A stretch of 48,977 bases of DNA from Planctomycetota bacterium. GTDB taxonomy: Bacteria > Planctomycetota > Planctomycetia > Gemmatales > Gemmataceae. Within the stretch, counting starts at the first letter, position 1. The number at the start of each line of letters is the position of its first letter. The stretch is taken from positions 1 through 48,977 of the forward strand of contig VGYC01000030.1 of the NCBI GenBank assembly GCA_016873095.1. The letters are read 5' to 3'. Made by a program: the position numbers and the translations under genes. This document shows, piece by piece, positions 29,622 to 38,261 of this stretch. The notes under the pieces are model-generated. The model made no database searches. It was not told the origin of the DNA and saw only the letters and a list, made by a program, of their open reading frames with translations.

Positions 29622-30551
29622 ATGATTGGCTGCCGTGATTGCCGCTTTGACTTTCCCTCCATGGCGACCTACAGTTGCGCGGGAGGGCGACAAAGCGTGG
29701 CGCGAGTCCAATCACTGGCTGTCGGCAGAGAGCCAGTCCCAGGCTATCGCCTGATGTGCCTGCTTGGTCGGGGCGGCTGGGGTTCTGTCTGGAAAGCCAC
29801 CCGACCGGACGGCGCGACCTGTGCAATGAAGTTCATCCCCTGCGATTCTCCCGAGGCGGCCGTGCAGGAGGTCCGCGCCCTTCAGCTCATCCGACAGCTC
29901 AAGCACGCCCATCTCATCCACGTCGAGCAGATCTGGAGCATTTCTGGATACGTGGTCATCGCGATGGAACTGGCCGAAGGCAGCTTGCTCGATTTGCTCG
30001 ATGTGTACTTGTCGGAATTCGGTCAACCAATCTTTGCGGACCATCTGTGCTTCTTCTTGAAGCAAGCGGCAGCGGCCCTCGACTTCCTCAATGCCCGACA
30101 GCATCTTGTCAACAACCAGCGCGTGGCGTTTCGCCATTGCGACGTCAAGCCGAGCAACCTCCTCGTGCAAGGGCGGAAGATAAAGCTGGCCGACTTCAGC
30201 CTGTCGGTGCAGACGACATCGTCCATGGGGTGCCATCGCCGTTCGGGCACGCTCAATTACTGCGCTCCCGAGCTATTTCAAGGCTGGTTGAGCGATCGTT
30301 CGGACCAGTATTCGCTGGCGGTGACCTACTGCCAGCTGCGAAGCGGCATGCTGCCGTTTCCCGACGAAGTGGGAGAGATGCGGAAGGAACACGTACGGCC
30401 GGAGCCGGACTTGTCGATGCTCTCGCCACTGGAGCAGCCCATTGTGGCGCGGGCGCTGTCGATCGTGCCACAGAATCGCTGGCCGTCCTGTACGGAACTG
30501 CTCGATCGCCTGGAGGATGCCGTCATGCAAGGAGCAGCGGCCACGGCATAG
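29622..30551 (+). CDS. Ser/Thr protein kinase domain protein, atypical (HCD catalytic loop, DFS instead of DFG)
   Basis: GRGGWGSV, AMK, HCDVKPSNLL, ADFS, CAPE. The start is uncertain; the first plausible Met candidates lie at 29622-29753. Confidence 0.75.
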   Translation: MIGCRDCRFDFPSMATYSCAGGRQSVARVQSLAVGREPVPGYRLMCLLGRGGWGSVWKATRPDGATCAMKFIPCDSPEAAVQEVRALQLIRQLKHAHLIHVEQIWSISGYVVIAMELAEGSLLDLLDVYLSEFGQPIFADHLCFFLKQAAAALDFLNARQHLVNNQRVAFRHCDVKPSNLLVQGRKIKLADFSLSVQTTSSMGCHRRSGTLNYCAPELFQGWLSDRSDQYSLAVTYCQLRSGMLPFPDEVGEMRKEHVRPEPDLSMLSPLEQPIVARALSIVPQNRWPSCTELLDRLEDAVMQGAAATA

Positions 30552-30569
30552 CTACGGGCACTTCAGAGA

Positions 30570-30815
30570 CTACGGGCAGCAACCGTTGGCGCCGGGCGTG
30601 CGCTGCCATTGCGTGCCGCTGGCCACGGTGGCCGGAACGCCCGGCGTATAGCAAGTCGGACCGGCCACGGGCGGACAGCAGACCGGCGCCGGCGCAACCG
30701 GACACGGGCAACAGATCGGCTGAGCCGCTTGTCGCCGATCGCACCAGCGACAGCAGCCGCTGCCAATAAGCAAGGCCATCAGCGCGGTCATCAGACAGAA
30801 TCGCTTGCCAGCCAT
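30570..30815 (-). CDS. small secreted Cys/Pro-rich peptide (81 aa)
   Basis: MAGKRFCLMTALMALLIGSGCC signal peptide, then CCPCPVAPAPVCCPPVAGPTCYTPG. It is convergent with the kinase gene. The risk that this is a spurious high-GC ORF is noted. Confidence 0.3.
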   Translation of the reverse strand: MAGKRFCLMTALMALLIGSGCCRWCDRRQAAQPICCPCPVAPAPVCCPPVAGPTCYTPGVPATVASGTQWQRTPGANGCCP

Positions 30816-31034
30816 CTTCTCGCTCCTTGCGACAATCCCTCTGGACCTTTCACGGGGCCACAGACACGGAGAGGCACGCGATAACCGTCTCCACATCTTC
30901 GGTCAAGGTCAAGTAGGCTCGCGTTTCGAGCTGGTCAGGCCAACGCGAGTCGTAAATCGCGGCTCCACTTGTCCCATTCTCACCAAGCTGGTAAATTCAC
31001 CAACGCCGACCCATTCTCCGTTAAGGACATCTTC

Positions 31035-31709
31035 ATGCTTCGCTGCTTTCTTCTGCTCGTGATGTTCATGCTGCCCGTGCCGCTGATTCAGGGGCAGGAT
31101 AAGGCGGCGGCACGCTACTTCCCCCTCGAGATCGGCAAGGAATGGCGATACCGCAAGAAGGTGATCGAGAACGACAAGCTGCTGCCCGCGGAGGCCGGCG
31201 TAGTCGTGGTGCGCGTGACCGGCGTGGTGGACCTGCCGGACGAGAAGAACAAGGACGACAAAGGCAAGGACGATAAAGGCAAGGACGACAAGGGGAAAAA
31301 GGAAAAGCTCCTGGCATACACGCTTGAAGGTACCGTCGGCGACAAGAAAGGCGATAACCGGAAACTCGTCGAGCAGGTTGCGGTGCTGGCGGACGGCGTC
31401 TATCGCCGTTCCGCCGCCGGCAAGACGATCACGCCACCGCTCGCTTTCCTGAAACTCAAGGAGTCGTGGCCCGTTGACGCCGTGACCAACGACACACCCA
31501 TCAAGGGCACGTTCAAGCTTGGGCAGGAGGACGTTACCGTGCCGGCCGGCGTGTTTCCCAAGGCCGTGACCTCGACTGCCGACATGCTGCAGATCGGCGA
31601 ACAGACCATGTACGTCAAGTACTGGTTTGCCGCCGATGTCGGCATGGTCAAGCAGCAGACGCGGGTGAACGGCTACGAAGTCACCCTTGAACTGCAGCAA
31701 TCCAAGTAG
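31035..31709 (+). CDS. secreted hypothetical protein with a KDDKG tandem repeat
   Basis: Signal peptide MLRCFLLLVMFMLPVPLIQG. (KDDKG)x3 is encoded by 15-bp tandem DNA repeats near 31255-31300. Confidence 0.55.
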   Translation: MLRCFLLLVMFMLPVPLIQGQDKAAARYFPLEIGKEWRYRKKVIENDKLLPAEAGVVVVRVTGVVDLPDEKNKDDKGKDDKGKDDKGKKEKLLAYTLEGTVGDKKGDNRKLVEQVAVLADGVYRRSAAGKTITPPLAFLKLKESWPVDAVTNDTPIKGTFKLGQEDVTVPAGVFPKAVTSTADMLQIGEQTMYVKYWFAADVGMVKQQTRVNGYEVTLELQQSK

Positions 31710-31844
31710 AACTTGAGGAATTCCGCGGCTCGCGCGGATTTTCTGCAAAAGTCATAGCGATAATGCCGATCATGAAACGGGATGCTCTCTCGCGGACGGA
31801 GATATTCTGCGCCGCGCGGACCAGTCCTCTGGAACCGCTGACCT

Positions 31845-33449
31845 GTGGGCATCGGGCTGGAGAAGAGTTTGTTCTGCTTGGTGCGACGTCTGAATGCAGA
31901 GCACCGGCCTGGAAGGCGCGTCGGTCCTGGCCGGCGCCTCGGGATCGGCGCACTCATGCTGCTGGTTCTGGGTGGTTGCATGCAGCATTATCAGCCACCG
32001 CTCTTGCCCGTGTTCATGCGCGAAGGGGATGATAGCGTCGCCGAATCGCGTGAGCAATCCGCGCCGCAACCTCGCTTTCTTCCAGAATCCCAGGCAAGCA
32101 AGATGCGTGATGAACCAGCCATCCTGACCGTGGCCGCCGAGGAACCGTTAACTCTTCGCTCCCAGGGCACCAGCAAGGACCATCCGGACTCAACAAGTGA
32201 CGAATTGCTGCCCGCGCCGCGCTCCCTGCAAACCGGCCTGTCGCTCAACGATGCCATCGAGGCCACCGTGCAAGCCGACCCACGCGTTCACAGCGCCTGG
32301 GAAACGATTCAGCAAGCTCGAGCCGACTTTGCCACGAGCTCGCTCGTCCCGAATCCGCAGTTTTTCATGGACAGCCAGCTGAATCCGCTCGGCCAGCAGT
32401 GGACGCCGACGCAGCAAGGCGGCCCACCGCAGATGGACTGGTACTTCAACTGGCCGATTGACTGGTACCTGTCCGGCCGGCGCGTGGCGCAGATGAATTC
32501 CGCCCGTCTTGGAGTCGACATGAGTGCTGCCGACTTCGCCAATCTTGTCCGGCAACGCGTCGCCGCCTCGATCGCCGCCTACTTCGACGTCCTGGAAGCA
32601 AAGGCATTCGTGGACCTAGAACAACAAAACCTGGACAACCTCAAGGAAGTCGAGGACATTACCCGCAAGCGCGTCAAGCTCGGCGGGGCCGGGCCCATCG
32701 AACTGGACCGCGTCCGCCTTGCCGTCCTCGAAAGTCAGCGCGAGCTGCGCCGCCGGCAAACCGTGCAAGTGACCGCGGCGGCCAACCTGCTCGCGCTCAT
32801 GGGACAGCGCCTGCCGGCCGTCGAATTGCGTATCCTGGGCGACCTGAAGGTTCCCAACCCCGCCGAGCCGCTGGAAACCAGCGATGCACTGCGGCTGGCG
32901 GAGGAAAGCAGGCCCGACCTGGCATCGTTGCGCGTGCAGGTCGAAAAGGCCGAGGCCGATGTCCAGGTCGAGCAGACCAAGTCTTGTCCCACGGTCAATC
33001 CGGCGTTCGGCTTCACACATCAATTTCAACGGCAGGTCCTGAACTTTCCGGACGCGCGGTCCTGGAATGTCGCCCTCACCATGAGTCTGCCGGTTCTCGA
33101 CCGAAATCAGGGCAACATTCTCAAGGCGCGATCGAAGAAGAGTCAGGCTCTGTTCAACTTGCAGGCACAGATTCTGACCATCCAGGCCGAGATCGAGCAA
33201 GCCTTGCAAGAGTTTCGCATGGCGCACCTGAACGTCACGCAGAACGACGCGGAATTCCTGGAAACGGCCAGGCGCGTGCGCGAGCGGCTCACGGCTGCAT
33301 ATCAGCTTGGCGGCAGGTCATACCTCGAGGTCCTCGATGCTCAGCGTGCGTACCGCGAGACCTACCGGCTCTTCATCATCAGCCAGTCGAACTACTGGCA
33401 AAGCCTCAATCGTCTTAATGCCGCCATCGGCAAGCAGGTGCTGCGATGA
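31845..33449 (+). CDS. TolC/OEP-family outer-membrane efflux protein (CzcC-like position)
   Basis: LSLNDAIEATVQADPRVHSAWETIQQARAD is OEP repeat 1, and a second OEP repeat lies in the C-terminal half. Lipoprotein-like LLVLGGC. The true start may be internal. Confidence 0.8.
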   Translation: MGIGLEKSLFCLVRRLNAEHRPGRRVGPGRRLGIGALMLLVLGGCMQHYQPPLLPVFMREGDDSVAESREQSAPQPRFLPESQASKMRDEPAILTVAAEEPLTLRSQGTSKDHPDSTSDELLPAPRSLQTGLSLNDAIEATVQADPRVHSAWETIQQARADFATSSLVPNPQFFMDSQLNPLGQQWTPTQQGGPPQMDWYFNWPIDWYLSGRRVAQMNSARLGVDMSAADFANLVRQRVAASIAAYFDVLEAKAFVDLEQQNLDNLKEVEDITRKRVKLGGAGPIELDRVRLAVLESQRELRRRQTVQVTAAANLLALMGQRLPAVELRILGDLKVPNPAEPLETSDALRLAEESRPDLASLRVQVEKAEADVQVEQTKSCPTVNPAFGFTHQFQRQVLNFPDARSWNVALTMSLPVLDRNQGNILKARSKKSQALFNLQAQILTIQAEIEQALQEFRMAHLNVTQNDAEFLETARRVRERLTAAYQLGGRSYLEVLDAQRAYRETYRLFIISQSNYWQSLNRLNAAIGKQVLR

Positions 33450-34645
33450 GTGCCAGTCCCGAGAAATCCGCGTCGCGCGTCAGGTTGCAGGAATCCGTCC
33501 TGCAGTCCGTCTCCTTGCTCGTTTCACTGGTGCTGGTCGGCATGGTCCTCTTCCTGCTCTGGTGGTCGCCATTTCGGACCTCGGAGGAAGACAGCGACAA
33601 GGGGACGCAGCCTGACTGGGCCAGCATTGTCGGGCCGCGCTTGATCCGCGTCGAACTGGGCAGCCCGCTTGACCGGAAGATTCAGACCGAGATCATCGAA
33701 GACGTTAAGGGGGCCTGGCCACTGTTGACTGTCACCGGCGTCGTCGTCGCCCGTTTGGAAAAAGGCGCCGACAGGAAGGGCCATCCCCCGGAGGCGCACT
33801 GGGATTTTCAGACTCTGGAGCTGGCGACCGTGTATGCCGACTGGCTGAAAGCGCGCGCCGATGTGCCGTTTGCCGACTTGCAGCTCGAAAAAATTCGCGC
33901 ACTCGCCAAGGCTCGAGTAGCTGCCCAGACCAAGGTGGCAGAACGCATGCGCAAGCTAGTGGCTGCCGGTACCGATTCGGAGAAGGACCTGGCCGCAGCC
34001 GAGGCCGACCTCATCCAGGCGCAGCTCACTGCCCAGAAGGAAACCTTTGAGGCAGAGACCAACGTCAAGACCGCACGCCGCACTCTCGCGACACTGGAGC
34101 GTCAGCTCTACCAGGCGGGCGTCGATCCATACCTGCTGATTCAGGGAGGCTCGGAATTGTCGCTGGTCGTCGCGGAGGTTCCTGAGACCAGAGTCAACCA
34201 GGTCCGGGTCGGTCAGGCGTGTCTGGCGCGTTTCTACGCGTATCCAGGCGGGAGTTTTCCGGCCAAGGTGGCCAGCCTGGCGCCGACCCTGACACGCGAT
34301 CGCCGCACATTGCGCGTCTTTTTCCAGGTCCCAGATGCCCACGACCAGCTCAAGCCGGGGATGTTCGCCGACGTAGGACTGGGTACGGACACGCGACTCA
34401 TCCGCGCCGTGCCGCCCGATGCCGTCGTCCACGTCGGGGCGGATGACTTCGTGCTCGTCCGGGACGGCGGTGACACCTGGCGGATTGCCGAAGTCAAGCT
34501 CGGCGAGAATCACGGAAGTTTCATCGAGGTCCTTGCCGGTCTGCGCGCTGGCGACCGCGTCATCGGCCGCAACGCAATTCTCTTCAAGCCGCTCATGGCC
34601 CGCGCGCTGTCCAATCAGCAGCGGCAGGAGGGAGCGGCGCCATGA
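33446..34645 (+). CDS. HlyD-family membrane fusion (periplasmic adaptor) protein
   Basis: N-terminal TM, coiled-coil region and C-terminal beta-barrel. Overlaps the neighbouring genes by 4 bp on each side. Confidence 0.8.
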   Translation: MSASPEKSASRVRLQESVLQSVSLLVSLVLVGMVLFLLWWSPFRTSEEDSDKGTQPDWASIVGPRLIRVELGSPLDRKIQTEIIEDVKGAWPLLTVTGVVVARLEKGADRKGHPPEAHWDFQTLELATVYADWLKARADVPFADLQLEKIRALAKARVAAQTKVAERMRKLVAAGTDSEKDLAAAEADLIQAQLTAQKETFEAETNVKTARRTLATLERQLYQAGVDPYLLIQGGSELSLVVAEVPETRVNQVRVGQACLARFYAYPGGSFPAKVASLAPTLTRDRRTLRVFFQVPDAHDQLKPGMFADVGLGTDTRLIRAVPPDAVVHVGADDFVLVRDGGDTWRIAEVKLGENHGSFIEVLAGLRAGDRVIGRNAILFKPLMARALSNQQRQEGAAP

Positions 34646-37600
34646 TACCTTATCTCATCGATTTCGCCCTGCGCAATCGCTGGCTGGTGCTGGGGTTCAC
34701 GTTTCTGGTAGTGGGCCTAGGACTCGGGTCACTCGAGTATCAAAAAGTCGAGGCTTATCCCGACATCTCCGGACAGATGGTGCAGGTGATCACCACCTAC
34801 CTTGGCCGGGCGCCGGAGGAAGTGGAACGTCGCGTCACCATGCCGCTGGAATACGGACTCGCCAACGTGCCGCGGGTCGAGGTCATTCGCTCTCGGACGA
34901 TCTTCGGCTTGTCGGTCGTGCAACTCGTGTTCGAGGATGGCGTCGAGACGTCCTGGGCCCATCAACAGGTCGATGAAAAGCTGCTGCAGATTAGCTTGCC
35001 GCCGGACGCCAAGAGCCATATCGGGCCGCTCGCGACCGCCTACGGCGAAATCTATCGCTACGAGCTGCGTTCCCGCGGCATGCACGATCTCATGCAGCTG
35101 CGGACGCTGAACGACTGGGAAGTAATCCCGCGCCTGCTACGTGCACGCGGTGTGGCCGAGGTGACCAACTTCGGCGGCTACGGCAAGCAATACGTCGTGT
35201 CGCTACGGCCCGCCCAGCTGCTACGCTACAATCTGACGCTCAACGATGTCCTGGAGGCGCTGAAAATCAACAACACCGACGCCGGCGGCAGCGTCATGAC
35301 ACGCGGCAGCATGTCGTTTGTCATGCGCGGCCGCGGCAGCCTCCCGGACCTTGACACCATCGGCAAGACCTTCGTCAAATCCGTCGGCGGCACGCCCATC
35401 TACCTGCGTGATCTAGGGGATGTGGGGCTCGATCATCGCGTTCCCTCTGGCATCTTCAGCAAGTACCTCAATGCCGAGGCCGTCGAGGGCATCGTCCTCA
35501 TGCGCCGCGGAGAGAACCCGTCGCAAGTTCTCGCCAGCGTCAAGGAAGCCGTCGACGAGCTGAAGGTTACGCTGGGGCTGCAGGGAGCTTCGATTGTGCC
35601 CTTCTACGATCGCACCCATCTGGTGCAGAGTACCCTGCGCACGGTCAGCCATAGCGTGCTCACTGGCATCACGCTGGTTGTGCTGATCCTGCTGCTGTTC
35701 ATGGGACGGCCGGCTATCGCCGGGCTGGTCGCGCTCACCATCCCGTTCTCGCTGCTATTCGCATTGATCCTGATGAAGCTTGTGGACATCCCCATCGGCT
35801 TGCTGTCGGTGGGGGCCATCGATTTCGGCATCATCGTGAATGGCGCCGTCATCATGGCGGACAGCATCGCCCATCGCCTCGGCGCTCTCGGCAGCAGCAG
35901 CGCGCGCCGCGATCTCTTCAAGGCCATTCTGGTCGCGGCCCTCGAGGTCGAGCGGCCTGTCTTCTTTTCAATGCTGATGATTATCAGCGCGTATCTGCCG
36001 CTGCTGGCCTTGACGCGCATCGAAGGGCTGCTCTTCCGCCCGATGGCATTGACCATCGTCTTCGCGATCATCGGCGCGTTGATATTCGCGCTTGTGGTCG
36101 TGCCCGTGCTGGCAAGCTTTTTCTTTCAACGCGGTTATCGCGAATGGGAGAACCCGCTGCTGCGCTGGTCGCGACCGATTTACGCAGATGTTCTTGGCGT
36201 CTTTCTGCATCGCCGGGTCACGGTGGCCAGCGCCGCGGCTGCCCTTGTCGTCGGCATCATCGCCATCGTCGTTCCGCGGCTGGGGACCGAGTTTCTTCCG
36301 TACATGGACGAGGGTGTCATCTGGGTTCGAGCCAGCTTTCCCGAAGGAACTTCGCTGCAGAAGACTTCCGCCTATGGCGCCCGCATTCGCGAGATGGCAC
36401 TCGAGTTTGCCGACGTGAGAACGGTGGCGGTCCAGTGTGGCCGCAATGACGCCGGCACCGACCCGTTTCCGCCCAGCCGCATGGAAATCATGATCATTCC
36501 GCGCCCGCGCGACGACTGGAAGGAGTATGCCACACAGGCCGAACTGGTACACGCCATTGCCGAGCGCTTTCGCCTCGAGTTTCCGACGACGCGCTTCAAC
36601 TTCACACAACCGATCATCGACAGCGTCACGGAGGATACAAACGGCACATCCGCCAACCTGGCCGTCGAGTATTCGGGCGGCGATCCTGACGTGCTGCTGC
36701 GTATCTGTCAGCGAACGGTCGACGTGCTCAGGAAGATTCCCGGCGCCACCGACGTGAATATCGAGCAGGAAGGCCCGCAGCCCCAGTTGCTAATCCTCCC
36801 CGATCGGGCCCGCTGCGCCCGCAACAACGTCCGCATCGAGGATGTGACGCGGATGATCAACCATGCCATCGGCGGCGAGCCGGTCGGCGTCTTCTACGAG
36901 GAAGAACGACGGTTTCCCATCGTAGTCTGGTACGATCGCCGGCAGTTGAACTCGCCACAGGAGATTGGTCGGCTCTATGTCTACACTGCCGAGGGCGTGC
37001 CCGTGCCTCTCAACCACGTGGCCAGCATCAATATTGTCGATGGGCAGACACTGATCGCCCGGCAGAACAGCCGACGGCGTTTGACGGTTCGTTGCGATAT
37101 CGCCGGTCGCGACCAGGGCGGCTTTGTTGCCGAGGCACAAAAACGCGTCACCGAGCAGATCGAGCTGCCCGTCGATTACCACCGCGCCTGGCTGGGCATG
37201 TACGAGAACCTGGACCGGGCGCGCAAGCATTTCCTGGTGCTCATCCCCATCACGGTGGCCCTCATCTACGGCTTGCTGGTGATCACGTTCCGTTCCTACA
37301 AGGCAGCGCTGTTGCTGCTGATGCTGGTGCCGTTCGCGTTCATCGGCGGGGCATTGGCCCTGTATTATCGCGGCATGAACATGAATGTTTCGACAGGCGT
37401 CGGCTTTGCCGCCCTCTTCGGCGTGGCGCTCATGGACGGCGTGCTGCTAGTTCGGGCCGTGACCACCCTGCGCTTGCAGGGATTGCCGCCGGACAAGGCC
37501 ATCATCGAGGGCGCCTTGACGCGCTTGCGGCCGATCCTCATGACCGCGATCGTTGCCATGCTCGGTCTACTCCCTGCCTCGCTGGCGACTGGCCTCGGCT

Positions 37601-38220
37601 CCGACGTGCAACGGCCGATGGCGACGGTCATCGTCTGGGGCCTCTTCAGCGCCATGATCCTGACGCTGTTCGTATTGCCGGTGCTCTACCGGCTATTCCT
37701 GCCGTCGCTGCCAGCAACCGAGGAGGAGCAATCTGCCGAGCATCTGGTCGAGGCACTGCCGGACGTATCGGTAGCCGAACTCGTGTCGCTGATTGAATAC
37801 ATGCACTCGTGCGACGGCCAGCGCGACATCTATCAGATGGCGGAAGAGCGCAACCTGGAATTCGGCCGGGTGATCACCACCATCCAGGCTGCCGAGATGC
37901 TCGGCCTGACGGAATCGGGAAAGCAGCGCGTTGTCCTGACCGACAAAGGCAAACAGCTGGTACTGGCCAACGCCGTCGAGCGCCAGGCCATCTGGCGGCA
38001 ACAACTTCTGCGCCTGAGCCTGTTCCGCGGCGTCCACGATACTCTCCAGCAGCAACCGGATCACACGCTCGACAAGGACTTCGTGCTGGAGACGATCATC
38101 ACGCGCATGCCGCAGGAAAACTACGAACAGATTTTCAACATCTTTGTGCGCTGGAGCCGCTTCGGCAACCTGTTCGTGTTCGACGATCCGCATCACAAGA
38201 TTTCGTTGCCGGGCGCGTAA
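34642..38220 (+). CDS. CusA/CzcA-family (HME) RND efflux pump with an extra C-terminal soluble domain of about 150 aa
   Basis: The N-terminus MIPYLIDFALRNRWLVLGFTFLVV...AYPDISGQMVQVITTYLGRAPEEVE is classic CzcA/CusA. The 12-TM RND body ends near residue 1040. The tail EHLVEALPDVSVAELVSLIEYMHSCDGQRDIYQMAEERNLEFGRVITTIQAAEMLGL... is additional. Confidence 0.85.
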   Translation: MIPYLIDFALRNRWLVLGFTFLVVGLGLGSLEYQKVEAYPDISGQMVQVITTYLGRAPEEVERRVTMPLEYGLANVPRVEVIRSRTIFGLSVVQLVFEDGVETSWAHQQVDEKLLQISLPPDAKSHIGPLATAYGEIYRYELRSRGMHDLMQLRTLNDWEVIPRLLRARGVAEVTNFGGYGKQYVVSLRPAQLLRYNLTLNDVLEALKINNTDAGGSVMTRGSMSFVMRGRGSLPDLDTIGKTFVKSVGGTPIYLRDLGDVGLDHRVPSGIFSKYLNAEAVEGIVLMRRGENPSQVLASVKEAVDELKVTLGLQGASIVPFYDRTHLVQSTLRTVSHSVLTGITLVVLILLLFMGRPAIAGLVALTIPFSLLFALILMKLVDIPIGLLSVGAIDFGIIVNGAVIMADSIAHRLGALGSSSARRDLFKAILVAALEVERPVFFSMLMIISAYLPLLALTRIEGLLFRPMALTIVFAIIGALIFALVVVPVLASFFFQRGYREWENPLLRWSRPIYADVLGVFLHRRVTVASAAAALVVGIIAIVVPRLGTEFLPYMDEGVIWVRASFPEGTSLQKTSAYGARIREMALEFADVRTVAVQCGRNDAGTDPFPPSRMEIMIIPRPRDDWKEYATQAELVHAIAERFRLEFPTTRFNFTQPIIDSVTEDTNGTSANLAVEYSGGDPDVLLRICQRTVDVLRKIPGATDVNIEQEGPQPQLLILPDRARCARNNVRIEDVTRMINHAIGGEPVGVFYEEERRFPIVVWYDRRQLNSPQEIGRLYVYTAEGVPVPLNHVASINIVDGQTLIARQNSRRRLTVRCDIAGRDQGGFVAEAQKRVTEQIELPVDYHRAWLGMYENLDRARKHFLVLIPITVALIYGLLVITFRSYKAALLLLMLVPFAFIGGALALYYRGMNMNVSTGVGFAALFGVALMDGVLLVRAVTTLRLQGLPPDKAIIEGALTRLRPILMTAIVAMLGLLPASLATGLGSDVQRPMATVIVWGLFSAMILTLFVLPVLYRLFLPSLPATEEEQSAEHLVEALPDVSVAELVSLIEYMHSCDGQRDIYQMAEERNLEFGRVITTIQAAEMLGLTESGKQRVVLTDKGKQLVLANAVERQAIWRQQLLRLSLFRGVHDTLQQQPDHTLDKDFVLETIITRMPQENYEQIFNIFVRWSRFGNLFVFDDPHHKISLPGA

Positions 38221-38261
38221 TGCAGGGCAGCCTGTTGCAGATTCGCGGAGCCTCAGGTGCG

